NCBI GenBank assembly: GCA_030625965.1
Contig: DAOUPV010000004.1
Location: 18,948-82,947 of the forward strand
Reading direction: 5' to 3'
Length of the DNA stretch: 64,000 bases
Source: Clostridia bacterium
GTDB taxonomy: Bacteria; Bacillota; TC1; UBA5767
The notes below the pieces were generated by a model. The model was not told the origin of the DNA, did no database searches, and worked only from the letters and a program-made list of their open reading frames with translations. How positions within the stretch are numbered: the stretch's first letter is position 1; each line of letters begins with the position of its first letter. The position numbers were made by a program, and so were the translations under genes. Positions 10,021 through 18,053 of this stretch are shown here, in pieces.

Positions 10021-10992
10021 ATGACCAAACAAGTAAGCATTAACCAGATGGCGGTTAAAATCGTCAAAGAAGAGATTATTCCCTTTGAGGCAAAACTGGG
10101 TGTTGAAGTTCACAATATGGATTGTGGCGCAACCTTGATCGATATGGGCCTCAATGTAAAGGGCAGCTGGCAAGCCGGCCTCTTGTTCACCCGTGTAACT
10201 ACTGGTGACATGGCCACCGTACAATTGGGCCGTTGGAGACTGGACGACGAGATCTCCTTCGCAGGACTGGAAATCTTTACCGAAAGCCCATTAATTGCTT
10301 GCCTGGGTTCTCAGATTGCCGGTTGGCAGCTGGGTTCAGGGGAATTTGCAACCATCGGTTCCGGCCCTGCCAGAGCGCAGGCCGTGGTCGAGAGCGACAT
10401 GTATTTTGAGATGACTGACTACCGCGACAAGAATGACGAAGTAGTCCTCTGCATCCAGGACATTAAGCTTCCTTCTGACGATATCGCCAGAGAAGTAGCC
10501 AAGGAATGTGGCGTGGATCCCAAGAATGTCTATCTGATGTTGGCACCAAGTGCCTGCTTGGTAGGTTCTATCCAGGTGACGGCCAGAATTCTGGAACAGG
10601 TTTGCCACAAGATGCATGAGAAAGGTTTCCCTGTAGAGAAGGTAGTGAATTGCTGGGGCAGCGGTCCCATCGCACCAGTTGTAAATGATGAAGTGAAAGC
10701 CATGGGACGCATCAACGATGCCATCCTCTATGGTGGAGAAGTTGAGTTCTGGGTGGATGCTGACGATGTGGAAATCGCCAAGGCTGTACATCAGCTGGTT
10801 TCTAATACATCTTCTCCTTACTATCCGGAGACTTTTGAGAAGGTCTTTGAAGAAGCCGGTAAGGACTTCTACTACATAGATCACGATTTCCACTCCATCG
10901 CAAAGATCCAGATACACAATGTTCGAACGGGCAAATGCTTTGTCGGCGGTGAGCTGAACAAAGACGTGATCCGTGAGACATTTCTTAAGTAG
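10021..10992 (+). CDS. methenyltetrahydromethanopterin cyclohydrolase (Mch) family homologue, copy 1
   Basis: 323 aa, the usual Mch length. Blocks GSGPARAQA, DPKNVYLMLAPSACLVGSIQVTARI and AMGRINDAILYGG match my recollection of the conserved Mch core. The start lies 9 nt after the SDR stop. Confidence 0.7.
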   Translation: MTKQVSINQMAVKIVKEEIIPFEAKLGVEVHNMDCGATLIDMGLNVKGSWQAGLLFTRVTTGDMATVQLGRWRLDDEISFAGLEIFTESPLIACLGSQIAGWQLGSGEFATIGSGPARAQAVVESDMYFEMTDYRDKNDEVVLCIQDIKLPSDDIAREVAKECGVDPKNVYLMLAPSACLVGSIQVTARILEQVCHKMHEKGFPVEKVVNCWGSGPIAPVVNDEVKAMGRINDAILYGGEVEFWVDADDVEIAKAVHQLVSNTSSPYYPETFEKVFEEAGKDFYYIDHDFHSIAKIQIHNVRTGKCFVGGELNKDVIRETFLK

Positions 10993-11012
10993 AGAGAGAA
11001 AGGGGTAAAGTT

Positions 11013-12035
11013 ATGGCTTTAACAAAAGATCGTCTGTGGAAAGTATATAGAGACATGGTACTGATCCGTAGATTTGAGGAAGAAGTTGAGAAGTATGCCC
11101 AAAATGGAACCATCCCAGGTTTTATCCACCTGTCTATCGGACAGGAAGCGGCACAAGCCGGTGTGGTAGAGGCATTGAAGTACACTGACTACAAGTTCCC
11201 TGACCACCGTGGTCATGGTGCCATCGTACTTTCTTCTCCCCAAGAGAGAAGAAAGAACTGCATGTCTGAGATCTTCGCCAAGGAAAGTGGTATCAACCAT
11301 GGTCGTGGCGGATCGATGCACGTTAACGATTTGGAAGCGAGAAACATGGGCTTCAATGGTATCCAGGGTTCTACCGTGGTTACCTGCCTGGGAACCGCAT
11401 TTGATTCCTACTACCGTAAAGCAAACAAGATGGAAGGTTGGGAAGCCGACGACAAGGATCTGGATGTAACTGCTGTATTCATGGGAGACGGTACTTTGGG
11501 AGAAGGTACATGTCACGAATCCTTGAACATGGCTGCTACTTGGAATTTGCCGATCATCTACTGCCTGATCAACAACCATTACGCAATTTCAACTCATTAC
11601 ACCGAATCCCATCCGCAGCAGCAACTGTCTACCTGGGGCAAAGGGTATGAAGTACCCAGTTTCACCGTTGATGGAAACGACATCGAAGCTGTTATTGAAA
11701 TTACAGAGCAAGCAGCCGAGAGAGCCAGAAAAGGTGAAGGTCCGACACTGATCGAGTTCATGACCTACCGTTGGCAAGGTCACTTCTCTGGAGACCCTGC
11801 GGCCTACAGACCAGATGGCGAATTGGAAGCTTGGCAAGCCAAATGTCCTTTGCTGCAGACCAAGAAGAAGCTAATGGAAGTACACGGCTATTCAGAAGAA
11901 GAGCTGGATGCTTTGCATGCTGAAGTGGAAGAAGAAATTCAAGGTTATGTAAAATTCTCTTTGGAATCACCCTCGCCCAAAGCTGAGGATGCTATGAAAT
12001 TTGTTTACATGGACCGTGAAGTGGAGGGAAGATAA
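11013..12035 (+). CDS. thiamine-diphosphate-dependent 2-oxoacid/acetoin-type dehydrogenase E1 alpha subunit
   Basis: GFIHLSIGQEA is present. GDGTLGEG...INNHYAIS matches the GDG-x(n)-NN ThDP motif. GGSMH is present. Confidence 0.9.
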   Translation: MALTKDRLWKVYRDMVLIRRFEEEVEKYAQNGTIPGFIHLSIGQEAAQAGVVEALKYTDYKFPDHRGHGAIVLSSPQERRKNCMSEIFAKESGINHGRGGSMHVNDLEARNMGFNGIQGSTVVTCLGTAFDSYYRKANKMEGWEADDKDLDVTAVFMGDGTLGEGTCHESLNMAATWNLPIIYCLINNHYAISTHYTESHPQQQLSTWGKGYEVPSFTVDGNDIEAVIEITEQAAERARKGEGPTLIEFMTYRWQGHFSGDPAAYRPDGELEAWQAKCPLLQTKKKLMEVHGYSEEELDALHAEVEEEIQGYVKFSLESPSPKAEDAMKFVYMDREVEGR

Positions 12036-13012
12036 TGACTAGAAAACTATCATTTTCCGGCGCTATAAACGAAGCCCTGCATCAGGAGATGGAGAGGGAC
12101 GAAACCGTATTTATTCTGGGTGAAGACGTTGCCAAGATGGGTGGAGACTTCGGTATCACCAAGGGCATCTGGGAGAAATGGCCCAACCGTGCCTACGATA
12201 CCGCTCTTTCTGAGCAAGCTATCCTAGGCCTATGTAACGGCGCAGCCGTCTGTGGCCTGAAGCCGGTAGCCGAGCTGATGTTTGCCGATTTCGTCGGCGT
12301 TTGTTACGACCAGCTGATCAACAACGCTGCCAAACTATGCTACATGTATGACGGCCAGGCTTCTGCCCAAATCGTTGTTCGTGCGGTAACCGGTGGCGGT
12401 ATCCGTTGCGCATATCACCATTCACAGTGTATCGAGCCCTGGTTGATGAACATCCCTGGTCTGGTAATCGTGGCACCGTCCAACGCCTATGAGGCTAAAG
12501 GACTTTTGGTCGGTTCAATCCGCAACCAGAACCCAGTAGTGTTTTTGGAGCACAAACTTCTGTACAACACCAAAAGCGAAGTTCCTGAAGAGCTCTATGA
12601 TATCGAGCTTTACAAGGCTAAAGTGGTTAAAGAAGGATCTGACATCACTATAGTGGCAGCAATGACCATGATGGCTTTTGCTGAGAAAGCAGCCAAGGAA
12701 CTGGAAAAAGAAGGCATCAGCGTAGAAATCATCAACCCGCTGACCATCTTCCCGCTTGATAAAGAGACCATCGTGGATTCTGTAGCCAAGACCGGACGTC
12801 TGGTCGTGGTTCAGGAAGGACCCAAAGTCATGGGCTATGCCGCTGAACTTGGAGCCATGGTAGTTGAGGATATCTTCGAATACCTGAAAGCGCCTCTGAA
12901 GCGTGTGACTTCTTTGGATGTACCAGTGCCGTTTGCACCGGTTCAGGAAGACTATGTATTGCCACATTATGACGACGTAATCAAGGCCTGCCACGAAGTA
13001 ATGGCATTTTAA
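12035..13012 (+). CDS. 2-oxoacid/acetoin-type dehydrogenase E1 beta subunit
   Basis: Transketolase-like pyrimidine-binding and C-terminal domains. The start overlaps the E1alpha stop (TAATG). Confidence 0.9.
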   Translation: MTRKLSFSGAINEALHQEMERDETVFILGEDVAKMGGDFGITKGIWEKWPNRAYDTALSEQAILGLCNGAAVCGLKPVAELMFADFVGVCYDQLINNAAKLCYMYDGQASAQIVVRAVTGGGIRCAYHHSQCIEPWLMNIPGLVIVAPSNAYEAKGLLVGSIRNQNPVVFLEHKLLYNTKSEVPEELYDIELYKAKVVKEGSDITIVAAMTMMAFAEKAAKELEKEGISVEIINPLTIFPLDKETIVDSVAKTGRLVVVQEGPKVMGYAAELGAMVVEDIFEYLKAPLKRVTSLDVPVPFAPVQEDYVLPHYDDVIKACHEVMAF

Positions 13013-13108
13013 GACTGATAGATTGATGTAAGGTTTAAGCCTTACTACATTTAGGTAAAGCGCTGGCGGGTCGATCCCGCCGGCGATTCCTTGATTAAGG
13101 AGGAGAAT

Positions 13109-13690
13109 ATGGCAACGGTAATTACTATGCCAAGATATGGCGCGAATATGGAAGAAGGTACCGTGGCTTCATGGATGGTTGAAGAAGGTGATGCGGTGGA
13201 ACAAGGTGATATCATCGGTGAAATCGCCATCGAGAAGCTGTCCAACGACCTGGAATCTCCGGTAACCGGAACGGTATTAAAACTCATTGCAGAAGAGGAA
13301 GATACTTTGTTATGTGGTGAGCCAATCGCCATTATCGGCGATGAGAATGAAGATATCTCCAGCCTGCTTGGTGCTAAGAATACAGAAGACACAGTAGAAT
13401 CAGTTGAAACTGAATCAACGGAGTCATCAACCACCAGTGGCAATTATGTCGTAGTAGAGATGCCACGTTATGGTGCCAACATGGAAGAAGGAACCGTATC
13501 TGATTGGTTTGTAGAAGTTGGTGACGAAGTAGAAGAAGGCGACGCCATTGGTGAAATCGCCATCGAGAAGCTTTCAAACGAGCTGCTGTCACCGATCAGT
13601 GGTACAGTTCTTAAACTGATTGCAGAGGCAGAAGACACATTGGATTGCGGTGCTCCCATCGCCATCATTGGTGAAGCGGGAACGGATGTA
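13109..13690 (+). repeat. in-gene tandem duplication encoding the two lipoyl domains
   Basis: The two about 230-nt segments are collinear and share an identical ggtgaaatcgccatcgagaagct core. They are separated by an acidic/Ser-Thr linker. Confidence 0.8.
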
Positions 13691-14845
13691 TCCGGTTTTG
13701 ACGGAAGTAGTGCGGCATCGGCAACTGCTCAAGAAGCTGCACCTGCAGTGGAAGCGACAACTGTAGCAGCAGTAGAAACCAGAGAGCCGGTAGGTGAAGT
13801 AAACATTACCCCTAAGGCACTCGATCTGGCGGAAAAAGAAAACATCGATTACCGGGTGATCGTGGGCACAGGAAGACACGGTGCTATCACCAGGGATGAT
13901 GTAAGAAACTATATCGCATCAGGCGCAGCCAAAGCGACAACTCCAGCTGCACCAGCACTGAGTGATGACGTGAAAGCCACACCAAAAGCCATGAAACTGG
14001 CTGAAGAAGTGGCTGTTGATGTACGCAGTATCAAGGGTACCGGCCGACATGGCATGGTTACCCGCGAGGATATCCGTAGCGCTATTGCGTCAGGTACGGC
14101 AGTGAAGCTGACTACCGGTGCAGCCACGGCAGCATCATCGACGATGAGCTTCGGTAAACCTGAAGCCAAACGCGTTAAGATGACCGAAATGCAGAAAGTC
14201 ATTTCCAAGGCCATGATGGGCAGCCTGCAAGAAACAGCGCAGACTACCATTTCTATGGACATGGATGTCAGCAATATGGTAGAAGCCTACCAGGCGAATA
14301 AAGTAGCCTACAAATCTAATGGTGTGAAACTGAGCTACACAGCAATACTGATCAAAGCTGTAGCCATGGCACTGATTGAGCACGAGGATCTGCGCACCAG
14401 CATCGAAGGAAATGATTTCGTGACTACGAATCAGATCAACATCGGTGTGGCTATAGATGTACCGGGCGGTTTGGTAGTGCCCAACATCAAAAAGGCCAAC
14501 GAGAAAGACGTAAGTACCATAGCATTGGAACTGGCGGACTTAGCAGCCAGATCCAAAGAGAATGCGCTCACCATGGATGAGATGACCGGAGGAACCTTCT
14601 CTATCACCAATTTGGGAATGTTCGGCATCAAGTATTTTACACCGGTACTCAATCCACCGGAAAGCGGCATCTTGGGTGTAGGCGCCTTGGTGCAGCAACC
14701 GGTAGTGAAAAACGGTGGTATCTTCATGAACCACGTAATGAACTTCAGTCTGACGCACGATCATCGTATCGTAAACGGCGCTCCGGCTGCTCGCTTCCTG
14801 AATGGAGTCAAAGAGATTCTGGAAAAAGCGGAAGAATTGCTTTAA
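13109..14845 (+). CDS. dihydrolipoamide acyltransferase E2 (two lipoyl domains, two subunit-binding domains, catalytic domain)
   Basis: Two copies of MPRYGANMEEGTV...GEIAIEKLSN lipoyl domains. Two GTGRHG(A/M)(I/V)TR(D/E)D(V/I)R peripheral-subunit-binding motifs. Catalytic SLTHDHRIVNGAPAARF. ATG 13109 sits behind AGGAGGAG. Confidence 0.9.
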   Translation: MATVITMPRYGANMEEGTVASWMVEEGDAVEQGDIIGEIAIEKLSNDLESPVTGTVLKLIAEEEDTLLCGEPIAIIGDENEDISSLLGAKNTEDTVESVETESTESSTTSGNYVVVEMPRYGANMEEGTVSDWFVEVGDEVEEGDAIGEIAIEKLSNELLSPISGTVLKLIAEAEDTLDCGAPIAIIGEAGTDVSGFDGSSAASATAQEAAPAVEATTVAAVETREPVGEVNITPKALDLAEKENIDYRVIVGTGRHGAITRDDVRNYIASGAAKATTPAAPALSDDVKATPKAMKLAEEVAVDVRSIKGTGRHGMVTREDIRSAIASGTAVKLTTGAATAASSTMSFGKPEAKRVKMTEMQKVISKAMMGSLQETAQTTISMDMDVSNMVEAYQANKVAYKSNGVKLSYTAILIKAVAMALIEHEDLRTSIEGNDFVTTNQINIGVAIDVPGGLVVPNIKKANEKDVSTIALELADLAARSKENALTMDEMTGGTFSITNLGMFGIKYFTPVLNPPESGILGVGALVQQPVVKNGGIFMNHVMNFSLTHDHRIVNGAPAARFLNGVKEILEKAEELL

Positions 14846-14850
14846 TAGAA

Positions 14851-14874
14851 GGGATGCTTCGGCATCCCTTTTTT
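14851..14874 (+). terminator. terminator-like hairpin between E2 and the second Mch-like gene
   Basis: gggatgc-ttcg-gcatccc followed by T6, lying 5 nt after the E2 stop and 20 nt before ATG 14894. Confidence 0.6.
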
Positions 14875-14893
14875 GAAAAATGAGGTGAAGAGT

Positions 14894-15859
14894 ATGATTA
14901 GTGTAAATAAGAATGCCATGCCCATGGTCAGGGACCTGATCAAGAGGGCTGAATCATTGGGATGCGCCTATAAGGTCCTGGACAATGGCGCCCATGTTGT
15001 GGATATGGGCATCCACATGCCAGGTAGTTGGGAAGCCGCCCGTATGTTCACGGAAATCAATATGGCCTGCCTGGGTACCTGCAGCTACCGTGATTATGAG
15101 CTGAGTGAGACATATAGCGCCCCTGCTGTCGAAGTATACTGTGACAATCCTTTGCTGGGATGCCTGGCCAGTCAGATCGCTGGATATCCACTGGGAAGCG
15201 GTGATTTTGCGGCTATCGGTTCCGGACCGGCCAGAGCCCAAGCGGCACTTGCAGAAGATCATTGCTTCGAGTACACCGATTACCGTGACCAGCATCATGA
15301 GGTGGTCATCGGAGTGCAGGCCAATGAACTTCCTAATGAGGCCATGGCTGAAAAGGTAGCTGCTGACTGTAAGGTGAAACCGGAGAATGTTTATCTACTC
15401 GCGCATAACACCACTTGCATTGTGGCCAGCGTACAGGTTTCTGCCCGTATCATGGAACAGACCGTCAACAAGATGATTGCCAAGGGATTCGATTTGGATA
15501 CCATCCAGTTCTCTAGAGGACTTTGTGTCGTGGCGCCGGTAGTCTTTGACGATGATGATGCCATGGGCAAGATCAACGACTGCTTGTTGTATGGCGGCAA
15601 GTCCGAGTTCTGGGTGCGCTGGGAGGACGAGAAGATTGAGGAAATCATCCCGCAACTCGTTACCGAGAACAGCAAAGACTACGGGACCCTGTTTAAGGAA
15701 TTGTTTTTAGAAGCCGACCGCAATTTCTACAACATGGACCTGGACATCCACTCACCGGCGGAAGTGACCATCTACAATATGAATACCGGTAACGTTTTTC
15801 ATGCCGGAAAGATCCGTAGGGACCTGATGATTAAAAGTCTATACAACAATTGCAACTAA
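14894..15859 (+). CDS. methenyltetrahydromethanopterin cyclohydrolase (Mch) family homologue, copy 2
   Basis: MISVNKNAMPMV... is an Mch-like N-terminus. GSGPARAQA, ENVYLLAHNTTCIVASVQVSARI and AMGKINDCLLYGG are present. By eye it is clearly a paralogue of 10021-10992 but strongly diverged. RBS GAGGTGAAG. Confidence 0.7.
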   Translation: MISVNKNAMPMVRDLIKRAESLGCAYKVLDNGAHVVDMGIHMPGSWEAARMFTEINMACLGTCSYRDYELSETYSAPAVEVYCDNPLLGCLASQIAGYPLGSGDFAAIGSGPARAQAALAEDHCFEYTDYRDQHHEVVIGVQANELPNEAMAEKVAADCKVKPENVYLLAHNTTCIVASVQVSARIMEQTVNKMIAKGFDLDTIQFSRGLCVVAPVVFDDDDAMGKINDCLLYGGKSEFWVRWEDEKIEEIIPQLVTENSKDYGTLFKELFLEADRNFYNMDLDIHSPAEVTIYNMNTGNVFHAGKIRRDLMIKSLYNNCN

Positions 15860-15875
15860 ATATTGAAAAGAAATG

Positions 15876-15908
15876 GTAGATATATTTAATATATCTGCTT
15901 TTTTTTAT
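15876..15908 (+). terminator. Rho-independent terminator ending the dehydrogenase/Mch cluster
   Basis: agatatat-tta-atatatct stem followed by a T8 run. Confidence 0.7.
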
Positions 15909-15985
15909 CTTTTTAGCTGGCTTGTGGTATTATATAATGGTGCGAAAAATTGTAGATGCACAATATAACAGATTGAGGTATATCA

Positions 15986-17965
15986 ATGAGTGAGTTTTTT
16001 GTTGGCATATTTTATAACGCAAGCATGCTTATCACACTGATTTTTTTCTTTGCATGTATAACATTTAGTATGGAGAATTCCAGAAAGACCTTCCATACGA
16101 TCGTGGCTGGTCTGATTATAGGCATCATGGGCATATCCTTGATGCTCAATCCCATGCCGCTCATGCCAGGCATATTTTTCGATACCAGGACCATCTTGTT
16201 GGCTATTGCGGGCTTCTTTTATGGCTGGATACCAACGTTGATCGCTAGTACCATTACCATCATTTTCCGTTTCATACAGGGGGGATCGGGAGCCTATGTA
16301 GGCTCGCTGACCATATTGATCGCCTCGCTGACCGGACTGATCTTCAGGCAGAAACGCTACCAGCAAATCATGTCCAAGAAAAATGCAAGTCTGGATTTTT
16401 ATCTAATGGGTTTTACGGTTCATGCCTTGATGCTATGTTCCATGCTACTTTTACCAGAAGACAGTATTCAAATCCTGCGCAGGATTGCAATCCCCATTAT
16501 CGTGTTGTATCCGCTGGTCCTGACGCTGATATCAATGATCATCAAGAAACTACAGGGTAACGCCAGAATCAGGATGGAACTGAAAGATAAGGAAGAGAAT
16601 TTTCAGCTATATGTAGATGCATCACCTTACGGAATATTTGTAATCGACGATCAGGGTAGTATCATTGAATACAATCGCAAAATGATAGAGTTGTGCGGCG
16701 TGGACGAGGAGGATCTGCTGGGGAGAGACTTGGTCGATTTGTTTCATGAAGACCGCCAGGATCTGCTCAGCGAGCACTTTACTAATACCAAACTGGCGGA
16801 TGCAGAAACGAATCTGACGTTGGAGTATTTAAGACATGACGGAGATAAACGCATCTTCAAAATAAAGACCATAAGAATCAAAGGCCAGAAGATTCTGGGA
16901 TACCTTGATGATATAACAGCTGAGGAATCCTTGCGCAAGGAAATAGAGTACTTAAACTATCACGACAGCTTGAGCGGCGTATTCAATCGAAGGTTCTTCG
17001 AAGAAGAATGCAAGCGACTGGATGTGACCCGCAAGATGCCCTTGGGGATCGTCATCGGGGATGTCAATGGATTGAAGATCACAAATGACGGTTTTGGTCA
17101 TCTGGCTGGTGACGATTTGATTAAAAAAGCGGCAGATGCTATGCAGCTATCTCTGCGCAAAGAAGATATCATTGCCAGATGGGGTGGGGACGAATTCATC
17201 ATCCTGCTTCCCCAGACCGGGTATAAGGATACGCTACATATCATCGAGAGAATCCAGAAGAACATCTCTAAGGTGAAAACCCAGACCGGGATCCTGTCGA
17301 TCTCATTCGGAATGGCCGTTAAGAAAGAAGAAACCCAGGACTTCCAGGATATTTTCAAGAAAGCGGAAGATTCAATGTACCGCCAGAAAATGTATGATAG
17401 TCCTAGCGCCAAGAATATAACTTTACGCACCATAATAAATACCTTGTATGAATCATCCCCCAGAGAGGAATGGCACTCGCAACGGGTTGCCAGTTATGCC
17501 AAACGGCTCAGCAAAGCTTTGGGTTATGACGAGCGCTATCAGAAGGACGTGGAAGCCGCCGGTATGTTGCACGACATCGGCAAGATTGCCGTCGGGACAG
17601 AAATTCTTGAGAAGAAGGAAAAACTGACTTCAGAGGATTGGCACGAATTGCGGAAACATCCGGAAGTAGGTTACCGTATCTTGCAGAATGTCTCCACATT
17701 GGGTGACATCACGCATACGATACTGTCCCATCATGAATGGTACGATGGATCAGGTTATCCCCAGGGACTCTGTGGAGAGAGCATACCAGAACTATCCCGG
17801 ATTATTTCCGTCGCCGATGCCTATGATGCGATGATCTCGGATCGTCCATACCGGTTGGCTCTGAGCGTGGAAACGGCCAAACAAGAACTTGAGAAAAAAA
17901 TGGGGACACAGTTCGATCCTAGAATCGCCAGAGTATTCTTGGATGAGGTCCTAATAGAAGAGTAA
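15986..17965 (+). CDS. membrane sensor: 5TMR-LYT domain, PAS, GGDEF and HD-GYP domains
   Basis: The N-terminal five-helix region with FFDTRTILLAIAG resembles the LytS-type 5TM receptor. RWGGDEFIILL is the GGDEF motif. HDIGK plus HHEWYDGSGYP form the HD-GYP motif. Confidence 0.85.
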   Translation: MSEFFVGIFYNASMLITLIFFFACITFSMENSRKTFHTIVAGLIIGIMGISLMLNPMPLMPGIFFDTRTILLAIAGFFYGWIPTLIASTITIIFRFIQGGSGAYVGSLTILIASLTGLIFRQKRYQQIMSKKNASLDFYLMGFTVHALMLCSMLLLPEDSIQILRRIAIPIIVLYPLVLTLISMIIKKLQGNARIRMELKDKEENFQLYVDASPYGIFVIDDQGSIIEYNRKMIELCGVDEEDLLGRDLVDLFHEDRQDLLSEHFTNTKLADAETNLTLEYLRHDGDKRIFKIKTIRIKGQKILGYLDDITAEESLRKEIEYLNYHDSLSGVFNRRFFEEECKRLDVTRKMPLGIVIGDVNGLKITNDGFGHLAGDDLIKKAADAMQLSLRKEDIIARWGGDEFIILLPQTGYKDTLHIIERIQKNISKVKTQTGILSISFGMAVKKEETQDFQDIFKKAEDSMYRQKMYDSPSAKNITLRTIINTLYESSPREEWHSQRVASYAKRLSKALGYDERYQKDVEAAGMLHDIGKIAVGTEILEKKEKLTSEDWHELRKHPEVGYRILQNVSTLGDITHTILSHHEWYDGSGYPQGLCGESIPELSRIISVADAYDAMISDRPYRLALSVETAKQELEKKMGTQFDPRIARVFLDEVLIEE

Positions 17966-17968
17966 GTT

Positions 17969-17998
17969 AAATGAGCCTTGAGAGAGGCTCATTTTATA
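17969..17998 (+). terminator. Rho-independent terminator
   Basis: aaatgagcct-tgagag-aggctcattt followed by T-rich sequence. Confidence 0.75.
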
Positions 17999-18053
17999 TG
18001 GTAGAATAAACATAGGAAAGAATTGTAAATATATGTTTAGATAAGGAGGCGTC

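Noticed and set aside
10021-15859. Mch-like genes taken as evidence for a tetrahydromethanopterin-dependent C1 pathway
   Set aside because: No Fae, Mtd, Ftr/Fhc or H4MPT-biosynthesis genes are in the window, and the flanking genes are a ThDP/lipoate dehydrogenase and an SDR. A recruited non-C1 function seems more likely, though only a whole-genome scan can settle it.
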